A DNA stretch of 64,000 nucleotides from Balanoglossus misakiensis. Taxonomy: Eukaryota > Animalia > Hemichordata. A model generated the notes under the pieces. The model searched no databases and was not told the origin of the DNA. It saw only the letters and a list, made by a program, of their open reading frames with translations. Below, piece after piece: positions 51,344 to 64,000 of the stretch; positions within the stretch are counted from its first letter, which is position 1, and each line of letters begins with the position of its first letter. Where the stretch lies: contig CM082580.2 of the NCBI GenBank assembly GCA_040954595.2, forward strand, positions 11,856,909 through 11,920,908, given 5' to 3'. Position numbers and translations under genes: made by a program.

Positions 51344-51697
51344 TTATGTCCTCCTGTACGCCTCCCCTTTGAAGCAAAGGTAACAAGCCAAGGTGAACAG
51401 GGCAAGTCCAACAAGAATTCCCAAAGCGATGATAACGTAGGTGGACGTGGTTGTTGGGGGCGCTGAGTCATCGGTGACGTAGTAATCATCATCGTCACCT
51501 TCTACTTCCACTTCTCCTCCTTCGCCATCATGTAGGCCTACGTTATCATAGTTTGAATCATGTATCAGCCGCAAGTTTCGCTCTACTGAGAAGCGAGGGA
51601 ACGTTCCTGTTACTTTGCGTGGTGGATGCGCAGTAGTGGTGACGCAGGCGAAAATTATCACATGGCATAGAATCGTAAGGTATTTTAAACAAGTCAT
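51344..51697 (-). CDS. Uncharacterised small type I membrane protein
   Basis: 117-aa ORF with signal-peptide-like N-terminus, acidic DDDDYY segment, PPTTTST stalk, TM helix YVIIALGILVGLALFTLACYLCF and short basic tail; an acceptor at 51711-51712 lies just upstream of the ATG. Confidence 0.7.
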   Translation of the reverse strand: MTCLKYLTILCHVIIFACVTTTAHPPRKVTGTFPRFSVERNLRLIHDSNYDNVGLHDGEGGEVEVEGDDDDYYVTDDSAPPTTTSTYVIIALGILVGLALFTLACYLCFKGEAYRRT

Positions 51698-52306
51698 TTC
51701 TCTTTATGACCTGTTACAAAATTACCAGATGCAGAAACCTCCGAAACTAAAGGAAAAGGCGTAAAATAAAAATTAGTGGTCTTGAGACTTTATAATGTCT
51801 GCTTGAGTTGGTCCAGACTATGTTCATGACGAGAGTTAGTAGGGGATCTTGACGACTGACATTTCTGAAGCTGTCTATGTGTCTGCCACAAGGACCACGT
51901 ACCACTGTTGCACGCTGGGTATAAACGATGGAGTAATTTCGCGAAGCAATCAGGCGATGTGATGGATGATAGGCCAAACACACATTTAACCTACAAATGA
52001 AATGGAAACAAATCCTATTTAGTTGCGGCGAATTGCAAAATATACTTTCATGCGCAAACGTGAGCAGCGTAATCCCGCTCCATTGAATCCTGAAATGACA
52101 CAGACAACGACCTCAATACGTGATATACATTTTCAGTTTTGATTTCTGATAACAAATTGAAATTCGCATAAACTTACGATCGATGTCTGTGAAGTTCAGA
52201 TGCTTACTATGCAAGTTTACTTAGGTCTGTCGTCTGAAAATATTTGTGTCTCATTTTATTCAATTTAAAAGCTCGATGTTAGCAAATTGATAAACTTATT
52301 GGCTTT

Positions 52307-52342
52307 TTGGTTGGTTGGTTGGTTGGTTGGTTGGTTGGTTGG
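52307..52342. repeat. (TTGG)n tetranucleotide microsatellite
   Basis: Nine consecutive TTGG units. Confidence 0.9.
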
Positions 52343-55300
52343 ATAAAACATCTAACCATACAAGGAATGTACAATGCAGTGCACGTATACCACAATCTAC
52401 ATACGCCGGTCATCATCAATGACACGGTGGGAAAGCTCTTTCAAAATGTCTTCTCACCTCACTATACGCAGGCAAATTACTGGGCAAAGCAACCAGGCGA
52501 GTGATGATACGAGGCCGATAAAACAGCGATATTTTACTTATCTGCGCGTGTATCGAACACTTATTGGCGGTGCTATCAGAAAAGGCTGTCAGCGAACGGG
52601 CGGCATAGCGTCTAATGGTCTACCCGGAACGGCAGTTAAATTTGTCATAAATCAACGCTTTTAAATGCGTGTTCATCAACAAACTGCGAGCCATGGCAAT
52701 TGAAATCGTCATGATCTCTTATCCGATTAAATGTTTTAATGTCTCAGAGATTCCTTTAGAATTACTTTCAATGCTATCAAATCTGATATACCTTGTCATT
52801 TGCACGTCTTTAAGAATCCGCTATGTATCGATGAATACAAAATAGGCCTTACGTTGGTTTGTCGGTGCAGGGCGAATAATATGAGATCTGAACTTTTTCC
52901 TCCGTCATGTCATGGCAGGTCTGTTTTAGATTTTTGCCCGGAGTTTCAAGATATCACAGGAAAGAAATCGTAGGTTGTGAGGCTTGAGGACGTGAAACAT
53001 TACAGGGGAGCATGTTTGTGCCATGGTTAACATTGATGGATGGGAGTTGGCAATTAATGTATACGCTCATCTGATGGACTAAAAGTAAGATTGCAGTGTT
53101 AGCTGCTTGGATATCAGGACACAGATGGGGTAAATTGGAATAGACTGCAGCCCAGGCAGAAGAAACCAATTAAAATAATGGATGTGAACGTTTCCCTTGA
53201 CTCTAGGGTGCAGTCAACAAGTTGGAACATCCCAGGGTCGGATAAATAAATGCTCGAGGCAACTGACTATACAATAGGAACTTCTGTTTGATACTAACGA
53301 GCCGCCTTTCGCGCAACATGGAGGGAAAAATCAAGATGTGTCATGCATTGAAAGTTAGCCTTTGAAAAAAAAATGCCTATATAGAAAAAACCGACAACAT
53401 ACATTAATTTGCCATTTTCCCTTCGCAATGTATCTCCAGATATGTGTAAAGGGATCCATTGAATTCTAAGTCGTGGTCTGCATGACGAAAATCAGATATA
53501 TCTTATTTTTGAAAGCGCGGAATCAAAATTAATAACTCCGATGAAGTCGGTCCATCTCTGCAGATATAAATGGCTATCAAAACCAATGTCTATGGAAAAA
53601 AATGCATACGATGTGACCTCTCACCTCCAAAGCGATATTTAATTAATCATCATTGCCGACATCAATTGTTGACTTTTATATTTCAAATCTGCCGCTTGAT
53701 CAAAGAAGCCGTCGGATTGTTGTCATTAAGGGAATTCAGTTTAATAACGTACACATTTGTTCGCGTTTCGCGAAAGAAGATTGATATGGCGAATGCATAT
53801 TGCAACAGAACAGTGACTGTAGAGCAACAAAGAGAGGGAGAGAGAGAGGAAAGAATGTTCATGGAAAATTGCGCGGTTAACTCTTCAGAGTCTCTAGCCC
53901 TGACAACATTTTTTAGATTAGGCAACACGAAAATACCGCCGACATTTACCAAATGAATTGGAATGATAAATGTCTGCAGTGAGCTGATAAGCTACTGTAC
54001 AATACACTGATCAGATTCTGCCCGTGGGATTAGATGGTACAAAGAATGTCCACCTACAAAATTGATTACAAATACTCGGAGGGCGATCCCAGGTATTAGG
54101 AAATCTGACTTATATGTATAGCTTCCTTCTTCAGTGGCGAAGAAATATATTTAACTCTTATCCTTGCTGTCTGAAAGCTTTCTTAGCTGTAAAGTGTTAA
54201 CGATACGAGTATATGCCAAAGCCCGTGTAGATTAAATTCTTTGCTTTATTTTCGTGGACAGAGAATGCGCAGCAAACCTGTCGTATACCAATCTACGAAG
54301 AACTGTAGTATGAGCTTTTAGTAAATCACTGTTTAGCTGAAGACAACAAAGAAGTACAACTCACCATGTGTGGGCACGTGCGTACAGGAGGTGAGTGTGT
54401 ACGTGCCCTGCCGTGCAACAAGAAATCAAACCTCGTTTGTTGCAGATGTTACAACGTGGTGCTTCCCAGCGTTGAACTAGCTGTGTTCCGTTCCTCGTTT
54501 CCAATCACCAAAAGGAAAGGATATCTTCAGCTTGAAATAACAAGGCAGTTATCTAGTCTTTTCCATCGACTATCTAAGCTTCTTTCTTATCTGGGAAAGA
54601 GAATGAAAATAAATTATCCCGAGTGCCGTATCTTTTTCCTATCTTGATAAACGGGTACTGCTTGGTGTACGTGTAGTCCTATCTACTGCACGTTTCTTGC
54701 ATTCTCAGCTGGCGGCGTCACCTTATACCGTACTACGGCATTAACTAAAGTGAAAGTCTTATTAAATTTAAAATGTCACTGGCCCATATGACACTGCAAG
54801 ACTATGATACTAAATCGAAAGGAAGATTCTATTGCTTTGAGAGGGATAAATGTGTGAATACACTGTACCAGACTCGTTGACTCAAACTTCGCGTTAAAAT
54901 GATCGGCCACCCCTCCTGAATCACACAAATCGAATAGGCACGAGGGGTTAAAGCTATAGCAACTAAAACGTCCTTCATCTTAATCTTTCACCTCTATCCC
55001 GGCTGCAGGATTAATGACGTAACATGCAACACGGCGGTGAGGTTATCCCGTATGACGTGTTCTAAAATACCCGGATCTATATTGTGAATAACAACACATC
55101 TCCATGTGCATAACCGCAAACTTAGGAAAATTTTGCGAATCATATTTAATTCTCAATCAAAAATTGCAAACCAAATTTATTTTTAAGAAATCGTCAAATA
55201 TTAGTGTGGATATTCGTTCACTTTTCATTCTGTTGTACAAGATTTAGTAATGCAGATTTTCGCCTACTACTGCTTCATTATCGGAACTAATGTTATTATG

Positions 55301-57206
55301 GGGGAAAGCTTACCGCAGGTGTACGGAGAAAGCCTTGTATTAAAAGCGTGATAAATTCGACACCTCGCAGAGATTTATATGGTGAACAAAATAAAAAGAA
55401 CATGTATGTGTCACCGCGTCTGACGTCAGGTGTGTGCTTTCAGTCGGCCATCAATAGCTGCCCTCACATAATCTGTAACGAAATCCAAGAACTTAAAATT
55501 TATAGGGTGTGACATGGCTGAATGAAGTCGGCTAACAGGTGAATGCTGAGAAGCAGATAGAGGCGAAATGGAATGCTGGCTAATAGTCAACGTAACACAC
55601 AAAACGGATGTCATTAAAATTCCAAGTGACAATTCAGACGGGCCCGGCCACAAAACCGTCGCGTCATGAATGTGTCCCTAATGTGTAGTAGCTTTTACCG
55701 CTGGTTTCAGTATCACTTCGCGTTAATACATGTATCACAGTTTCATCCATTTCTTACCCATTATAAGTAACGGCTGTGACATTTCCTCTTTAAACACTAT
55801 CCCGTATCAATCACACGTCACTCCAATTTCGTTTTGAAACTGTGAGTCACTATTTAAATTAAAAGCACAGTTATACGTCGGTTCTCGCATATATTTCTTG
55901 CTTTTATCTGGCTATTTCGACAACGACGACCCTCATATCATCAAACTGACGCTCGCAGCAACGGGTTCATTCTAGGGTCTAACAAAATCAAATGCAGACA
56001 TATTTATGTCAAATTGTATGAATTTAGTAATACTTTTCAGTCAAGAAAACAAAAATAAACGAAAATACGGCGCTTTGAAATCTCGCATCATAGTAAATTC
56101 TCATGGGATAGATTTTATTATCCGACTGTTATTAAACCTAGCCTTTGCACAGAAATGCGCATAAGTCATAACTTCAGGATGACCTTTGTTTTATCATCCG
56201 TGATACGAGTCTAAGTCTCTGTGGATGCACAGGATGCACTCTGGGATATTTTCAGTTGAAAATAAGTGGCAGCTGAGACCTTTGTGACTTTTATCATAAT
56301 ATGTGAATTCGCTTCCTTTCAACTGATAAAGGTTTAATGGGTGGGAGGATATGTGGAAAGTCGAGCTTTTTTTTCTTAGGCTGGTAAAATCCGATTTTTT
56401 ATGTTGACTCCCCGTGGAACTCTCTCTCAATTTGTCATGGTAACTTTCTAAACTTGCATAGGCTCATAGACCTATGAGCCGTTGGATTGTCAAGGGAGCT
56501 ACTTCAATTAAATGTCAGTATCTTGGACGTCTTGGACACAAAATCGCTGAAGGGCAGAAAGCTGTCTCAGTGCTGGACTGTTGAGATGTAACTTGAAAAC
56601 AAAACGGTTCTTCAACGATATGTCGACACGTATCTATTTGTAGCTTGGTTGTATATGACCGGTCAATGGGTTTTCATGTAAATAAGAATATTTAGCAGTA
56701 AGAGTGAAGCAAATATTGGCTCATTTTATATACGAGATGGTTCTTAGCAGCCATATTGATTTTATTCATGGGCTTAAAGAGTTCAAATGATGGCGGACAA
56801 GTTTGTTGTCTAATCCCTATCCTGCATGCTGCATTTCGGTCTTGAAACTTGTTCGACAATGCTTTGAAAATAAACATGTGACGTACTGGTGTCTTTGTTC
56901 TGACGGCTACACAACTCAAGGCAGAATTCACGTTTGCACCGCCTTCGAGATATAGACACTGACATAATGTAAGTAAATTTTCTGCTAAACGAGAGCGACA
57001 TGTGGTCGCTCTGTGCATGCAATGCAGGTTATCATGAACCTTGGTGAAAATAATGGTAACCCTTTCCCAAAATCTTCGCCTAGTGATTAAAATAATCGGA
57101 TATTCAGAAAGGGGAATTTCAGCGACCCACCATGCACGAGGCATTCTCAATTGTGATGATGCATCGTGTAGATTCGTGATTGATGGGCGGGGCAGACATG
57201 AAGCTT

Positions 57207-57220
57207 GTTTCCATGGTGAC
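57207..57220. promoter_or_regulatory. RFX X-box upstream of BBS12
   Basis: GTTTCCATGGTGAC about 250 nt upstream of the BBS12 ATG; X-boxes are the established hallmark of ciliary/BBS gene promoters. Confidence 0.65.
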
Positions 57221-57463
57221 GACGCTTCGCTTCTTCCGCACGTGACACTGCGAATGGACAGCAGACGAATGCACATTTATCATTAATATACCGCAAGATA
57301 TCTCATCATTGCTTACTTTTCCACTTCCCCTTCATTGTATGCATACACAGGTGTAACTTGACCACGGAAAACTGTGGGTTAGACCAAAATGGGCAAAGCA
57401 GATAACTGATTACCAGATATTTCAGATGGCTCACCAATAATATCAGACCACAGTGGAATCAGA

Positions 57464-60400
57464 ATGACAAGTCACAGTGGACTGCAGGCTGTCAGTGCTA
57501 TTGGTAAGTGAACTCTGTGCATAAGAAATTATTGGGTGGAATTCTGCATTAGGAGTGTAGTTTTCTTTGTATTTTTCCCTTTGACAAGATACCGTCAGTT
57601 TGGAAGTGTCATAATGATCTGCTTCTCACTGACTTGCAACTTCAGATCTGACAATATATTTTATATTTACAGGGTCATCGATAAAAACATTCTTGGGGCC
57701 AAACCTAAGGTATGTCTTACATTTTAATTAGACAAAATATTAGCCTGTTTGCTGTCTCCAAAATGATTAATGTTCTTAATGTACTGATAAATAGACCCCA
57801 ATGTCACAGCCAAAGTGAGAAGAAAATTGTCTCTTAAAAATCGTTGTATTTTTTTCACTCTTTCAGAGCCAAATGTATAATTGATGACACTGATCCAGAC
57901 AACAATGTGATTGTGACCAACGCAGTAGACTGTCTACAGATATTGGACATTCAGGTACAGACTTTCATATTGTCTGCAGAGCTTTTTGTGAAAATAACCT
58001 GTTAAAAGTGGACACATTTGCCAGCAAAATTGTTCACGCCCTTTGGCATTCAATTTTAAGAAGTCCGTGAATTTCATGAACACATCTTCAACATTTTGAA
58101 GTTATAATTGATTAGTGTAGTCAGTTAACTGAACAAGTTTTATGATTTGACAGCATCCTGTAGGTCAGTTATTCAATTCAACATGTCAGTCACACCACAA
58201 ACGATATGGCACATCAACTACCACCCTGGCTTGTATGGCAGCATTTTGGGCGAAGGCAGTGATTGGTTTGCAAGACCAGGTGAGTCACTCATTTGTAATA
58301 GAATGAAAAAATAATCAATAATGTTTCCTCATAACGTTTAAGAATGATAATGCTAGTTATGAAAGAAATCATAGTTTTTAGATTTTCCATTTTCCAGGGT
58401 GTTCCTATTCCAGTAATTGTAGATGCCATATCAGAAATCCTGGAAAAATGCATATCTCAAGTCACAGAGTTTGCCATTCCTGTGGAAATTGTCAGACAAG
58501 AAGAAGAAGGAACAAAAGCAAGAGTTGAAGAGGAACAAGAGAAACTGGACTGTGGGAGTGAACATAAAAGACATGAAATTGATAAGGAGACAGATGATAG
58601 AGAGATGAGGGACTCGGCAGAATTTATGGAAATTGAATTTGAGAGAAATTTAGTAGAATTGGATGAGGTACATGTACAGGACAAGAAGCAGGGTGTTAAG
58701 GACGTGCAGGGATGTGATAAAACGGAAGATGAGTGCAATGACAAGGCAGATGATGATGATGATGATGATGATATTTCCTGGTATTTTGGTGGTAGGATGC
58801 CATCACCGCCCAAATTTCCAGACATTCCGGAAATGTCATTCCTCACAGGAAAAGATGGAATGAATGCAAGTGAGATGGAACACGTAAGCGACAACAGTTC
58901 TGCGACACATCTTGGTGGAGCTGATGAAAGCAAAGACTTTGATTTTGGGATCATTGAAACTGATGGCTTTGTACAAACTTCACAGCATTGTCATCGTCAG
59001 AAAGAAGTGAAAGTAATGAATAATGTGTTGAAACATGGAAAAGATGATGATGACGATGATGATGAGTTCGACAGCTGCTTTACTGAAGGTCAATATGAAG
59101 AAAGTTCAACGCATCAGGACACATGGAAAACTTTATTTTCTAAAGATTTACAATGTAGCGAGACAGTGCTTCAACTTTCAGGTCTACAAGCAGAGAGCAT
59201 ACCTGATAGCAAACATTCAGTTAGTAGTAAAGCAGGAAATGCCAGTGATGAACTGAAGCCAGGACAGTTCTTTCCTCTAGAAGTTGATTTGACTGACCCA
59301 AACAGCGCCAGCATTGAACAGTCACCCCACACGGAGAGACAGAAAGTTCGTGCACACAACTTAGAAAGAATGCTGGCCGACAGACTGAAGGCAAAATCCA
59401 TGGAGAAAACCACGGCCATACACAACTTGAGCAGACATTTTACTTCTATTCAGGGCATTGTGGATCAGAAAATGGACATTGAGTCTGGTGTTATGGAGAA
59501 CCCTATACATGAGGAAACCACAAAAATTGACAAACTCCTGAGTAAATTACGAGACACCGGTCAAGAGATGAAAGGCTTGAGACAATCAAATCTTAGTAGC
59601 ATAGAGAATAACAGCAGACATTTTAGAACAATTGAAAGCGTTGTTGATCAGCAGAATTTGGAAGCACTTGCAAAATCAGATGGGAACTCTGTTAAAAAGC
59701 TCTCTAGCAGTACCAAGAAGACCAGCTCTGAAAACTTGGATTTTGAGAAATCACAGACAGGTAGAACACCATCACTGACTTCAATTCAGAAGAGAAGTCG
59801 TCACTTCAGATGTGAAGATGATGAGGCTGGAAATAATGGACATGGCGTAGGAATGGGTCAATGTACAGACATATCTGAAAGTATCACGGATATCGACGAG
59901 TTAGGGTAAGTGTGTCAGTTTTAATACTGAAGACATGTCCACATAGAAATACATGTAACAATGTAATATTTATTTGTTAAGTTGTATGTACAGCCACTCA
60001 GAAAGTACAAACTTGTTCAACGTGTCTGACTGTTTTTTTTTTAAATAGACAATTTACTGACTGTTCTTCTAAAGAATTTCCATTCACCATTTCAGAACAA
60101 GACTTTGTCATGGAAAGCATGAAATGATGACTCTAGTTGTGGATGCATACAGACAGCAGATACACAGAAACAGTGGTGTGGACAAGTAAGTTGCCAGAAA
60201 CAGTTTTTGACTTTTCAGGGATAATTATCTGGCCAAAAAACAGATTGACCTCAAGAATCACTGGTTGGAGACTCCTAATCCATGATTTCTTTCATCATCA
60301 CCTTCAAAAATCTATTAAAAACTGCTCAAGTGATTTATCGCTTATTTGAATCTCATCAACAGATTTGTCTTTGATCTGAACCTGATACATACATGCAGCA

Positions 60401-62176
60401 TCACTGGTCCATCCATTACACAGTGTCATCTGGAGGATGGACTGATCATTGAAATTGATCTCAGATATCTACAGAGTGTACATTCAGCCAGCCATAGAAA
60501 GCATTCCGTTCTGGTAGGTCAACAATTTACCGTAGTTTGGTTTCAATCAGTGCATTTAATGTTTAGTCTGGTGGGGAGTATGATCAACACCAATTGAAGT
60601 CATCAAATTTGAGACAACTAGTTCTTTCACAAAATATGTTAACTAATACCTATTCCACTATCCACATAGTTAATCAATGGTGATGTGAAGCCAAGCTTCA
60701 GACACACTGGTCACAAGGAATCTGTGGCAATCTCTGTGGTGCAGTATTCAGCAAATGGCGGAGGAGCAGAGAATTCCTGGTTTGATGGTGTTCTTCATAC
60801 ACTATGTCAGGTGAGTTTACTTAACCTCTCACCCCAAGTTCCCTTTTTAGATGTCCAAACTTATCATAGAAAATAATGGTGTTGGACTGAACCAAATCTG
60901 ACAAGTATGGATTCTTTTTATCTCATACAGGTTGAATGTAGTGTAATTCTGATGAAAGGTGTGGCCGATGACCGTCTCCGTGACTACTGCATGGCCAATG
61001 AAATACTGATAATTGAGAATGTGAAATACTCTGCATTGGTGACTTTGGCCGTTGCTGCAGATGCCAACATTTTGACGTACATTACAGACGCAAGCTCGGT
61101 GAGTGTTGTAAAGATGCCGTTTCAGTGTTGTCTTGGCAACAATCTATGTATAGCTTGAGGTCAGCACCCTTATTTTTTCCTGGGATGTATTGCCATCGTT
61201 AAATTTACTCTGACGACCTACCTTGTTCTCATGTTAACCAGGAAGATGCTGGCAGACCAGTGTCGGTTGCATGCTGGGAGTCTGGTTGGCAGCCCAAGAC
61301 TGGGGTGAGAACTCAAAATCTGAAGAGAACAGGGTATGTCCGTTTGACAGCCGAGTCTCCTATTCAGGTAGGCAGTCAATTCCTTCCCGTCATCTTTTAC
61401 TTTTGTAGTCTTTTCAAGTCCTTTCATTGTAAAATTTGTTGTCCAAATAGCTGGATACAAAATACTGTGTACAAAGATCATGTCATATCTGAGAACAGCT
61501 CTCCATTTTCTCTGCAGACTTTAATTGTGTGCGCGCCAAGCACTACCCAACTAACGGGTTTGCAGTATGACTTTCTGACATGTGCACATAGACTACAAGA
61601 TGCTTTGACTTCTGGGAAAGTTTTACCTGGGGGTGGCATCACAGAATTACGACTGATACAGTATATACAAACAATGAAAGGTGGGTTTTGCAACTTCTAT
61701 TACCATGTGTATTATAATGCTTTAATCTGCCAAACATGGTTTAGTCCAGTATCTGTATTGTGAAATTTAGATTCTGATTTTAATTTGGATATTTTTTTGC
61801 ACTTGCAGGAGAAACCAAAGAGTTTGAAAAGCAGAGCTATGGTAGTGTGATAGCAGAGGCTGTACAGAGTGTATTTGAAGACTTTCTGGTTGCTGTCACA
61901 TTGAACACGGGACACCACAGCCATGTCAGTCGCATCAAACATTTAATTCACCAGGCCTTGTTAGAAAAGGAACCACAATCCTTTATTCTATCTGAGGTCA
62001 GCGACCCAGGAGGCATAGTCTGTGACTGCCTCAGTGCCAAAACGCAAGCGTGGAAAGCAGCTTGGAGTTTGGTGCGCCTGGTTGCACAGTGCGATATGCA
62101 CATCACCACTGGCATTGAAAGCAAGGCAAGTGTTCAGTCTTGGAAGTATGGGGAGCACATCTTAGGAGTTCTGTGA
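57464..62176 (+). CDS. BBS12: Bardet-Biedl syndrome 12 chaperonin-like protein (12 coding exons)
   Basis: Exons 57464-57503, 57673-57709, 57867-57954, 58154-58279, 58398-59905, 60096-60185, 60363-60513, 60670-60810, 60931-61098, 61242-61367, 61518-61680, 61809-62176. HSGLQAVSAI, KTFLGPNL, PVGQLFN, degenerate ATP motif YGTSTTTL, GVPIPVIV, LCHGKHEMMTLV, LINGDV...FRHTG, VLPGGGITE, AKTQAWKAAWSLVRLVAQCDMHITTG. Confidence 0.9.
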
Positions 62177-63215
62177 TGCATCAAATTCTTCGTCATACTG
62201 TCATGTGACAATGAAACACTCAAGTATAAGGTGCTACATGACTTTAGGAAAGCAACATTCAGGAATCGTAATTTTTTTTTTTCATTTCTTTATTTTCTAA
62301 TAATAAAATTCTATGTTACATTGTATTTACCTTTGGGTAGTTGTTTTCACTACATAACTGTCTCATAGAAATGTCTCACAGGTTATCATATTTTAATATA
62401 TTAAAACATATTCATATTTTTATTTAAATACTGTTTTAAGGTTAGCCTACACATTTTATGGTCATGTGCAAAGAATATCAACTCACTGCAGTTTATTCTT
62501 GGATTCTTGAAGAGAACCATATTAAAATTAGTTGAAGAATTTATATACTTGATCTTCAGATAGATTTGTTCAGATAATTCTCGCACAGGTAATCGAAGTA
62601 AACTTAAAGAATTGACAATATGTGAATAGTCCCATTGCTTAAAAGTAATCATTGATGACAGCTCTAAAATTCATAGCATGTGTTTTTTTCACAGCAATTC
62701 AAAAACGTTCGGCAAAAGAAATCCTAAAAATGTTAATGTGCATTTATAAAATGGTGGGTGAAATTCCCAAATAGCCCATAAAATTCCAATACAAAATGTA
62801 AATGACAGTGAGAAGCTTGTGTCAAATAAAAATGTCTACCCTGTATTTTGAGGGTGCAACCAACATGCATGTAAATATAACTATAACTGACATTGCATTG
62901 ATTCCATACAGTAGATGAGATGTGTGAAATTAATGATTACTTGTGCAGTAATTGCATAATTACAGTATACTTGTTGATTTCAAATTCTTGACATTCTGAC
63001 CTTGATTGTTTCGTATAAAAAGGTTATTTCAGTGACAAAACTGGAATGTACAAGATGATAACTTACGCCCCTGAACTGAATTTTAACTGAAAGTGTACAT
63101 GTACATACACTATGTGCTTTGTAAATAACAATGCCCATGATTGGACATGACATAGGTGCAAAGCCTCCATCTGTAATCCTTGCCCATTCTCAAGCTGTCT
63201 TTCACAGTGTACCAG

Positions 63216-64000
63216 TTAGTGTGTGAAACTCTTCTTGATGGCAACGTGTGGAAATGTCTCCTTCCAGAGGAATACAGTCACAGCATCCAGCATCAGACAG
63301 AATGACAGATCACACAACACCAGAGACTTGCAGTTTTCGAGTACACTGAAAATTAAAAAAAATCTTTGTCAAGGATATCTGAGGAGACCATAGTCTTCAA
63401 GATTGTAGATTTTCTGTATTATGTCACTGAAGGGCGCTACCACGTTTATGAACATATTCAATGCATGAGACAATTAATGGCAAATGTTGATAAATATAGC
63501 TACTGACCTTCCAACAGAAGTTGGGCTGACCATTCTGGTTCCCAAAATGTCAAGTTGTTCCAGGTTTAGACCGTGCTGAGCGATAGCATGAAGATCGACA
63601 TCACATACAGACCTGTAATGAGAGATGCACTTTCTCATAACATATGGTGCACACACTGACACACACATTCAAATCACTTGAAATTCACTGTAAATACATC
63701 AACACTCATTGCTAGTCACAGGAAGTGTGTTGTCTACTCAAGTAACAGCAATGTTCATGAAGTGAAGATTGCAACTCTGCCAGCTTACCGATTTGCAGTT
63801 AGGAAGAGCTTCTTCAGTTTGGGGCAATTCTGAACAAGATTCACAAAGCACTGTGTGCCGGAATTCAATTCATTGCTGAAATAGGAAATATTCAAACGAC
63901 AAATAATTAATGTAGGAAGATACCTGTACATTAATACCTGCAATAGATCTAAATTTGTACCATTGATTTATAGAAAGAGATTCACTTCAACTCACCACCA
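63216..64000 (-). CDS. FBXL4: F-box/LRR protein 4, 3' three exons (gene continues beyond the window)
   Basis: Exons (-) 63875-63789 (NELNSGTQCFVNLVQNCPKLKKLFLTANR), 63612-63508 (SVCDVDL...LEQLDILGTRMVSPTSV), 63345-63216 (VLENCKSLVLCDLSFC...FPHVAIKKSFTH*), matching the FBXL4 C-terminus. Confidence 0.92.

Noticed and set aside
56692-57276. 194-aa minus-strand ORF
   Set aside because: Overlaps the BBS12 promoter and X-box region, has no recognisable domain and has composition typical of a chance ORF.
1-64000. Prokaryotic defence systems, CRISPR arrays, operons, tRNA/rRNA genes, transposase or RT ORFs
   Set aside because: The window is spliced animal DNA; no repeat-spacer array, RNA-gene fold or transposase/RT motif was recognisable by eye.

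Overview
AT-rich, intron-rich animal genomic DNA; probably a marine invertebrate, possibly an invertebrate deuterostome (inference from gene content, not provable here). Exons were traced by hand via GT-AG sites and reading-frame phase. Gene order: two tandem BHMT-family homocysteine methyltransferases (+), a LIV-1-type ZIP/SLC39 zinc transporter (-), EOLA1/CXorf40 ASCH protein (-), CRACR2A/EFCAB4B (Rab46-like EF-hand/coiled-coil/Rab GTPase, +), GCAT (-), a GLRX2-like glutaredoxin (-), an orphan single-pass membrane protein (-), BBS12 (+) and the 3' end of FBXL4 (-). I saw no prokaryotic systems, CRISPR arrays, tRNA/rRNA genes or transposase ORFs, and I cannot claim a wholly new system. The best leads are: (1) the second BHMT paralog has a first exon resembling a mitochondrial presequence, and both copies carry BHMT2-like changes; (2) six miR-124 seed matches cluster in the CRACR2A 3' UTR; (3) a phase-compatible alternative first exon would swap the CRACR2A EF-hands for a transmembrane helix, alongside frame-preserving microexons; (4) RFX X-boxes occur across CRACR2A and at BBS12; (5) a pseudoknot-like structured element lies in BHMT intron 1. 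Comparisons with human proteins are from memory and need alignment.
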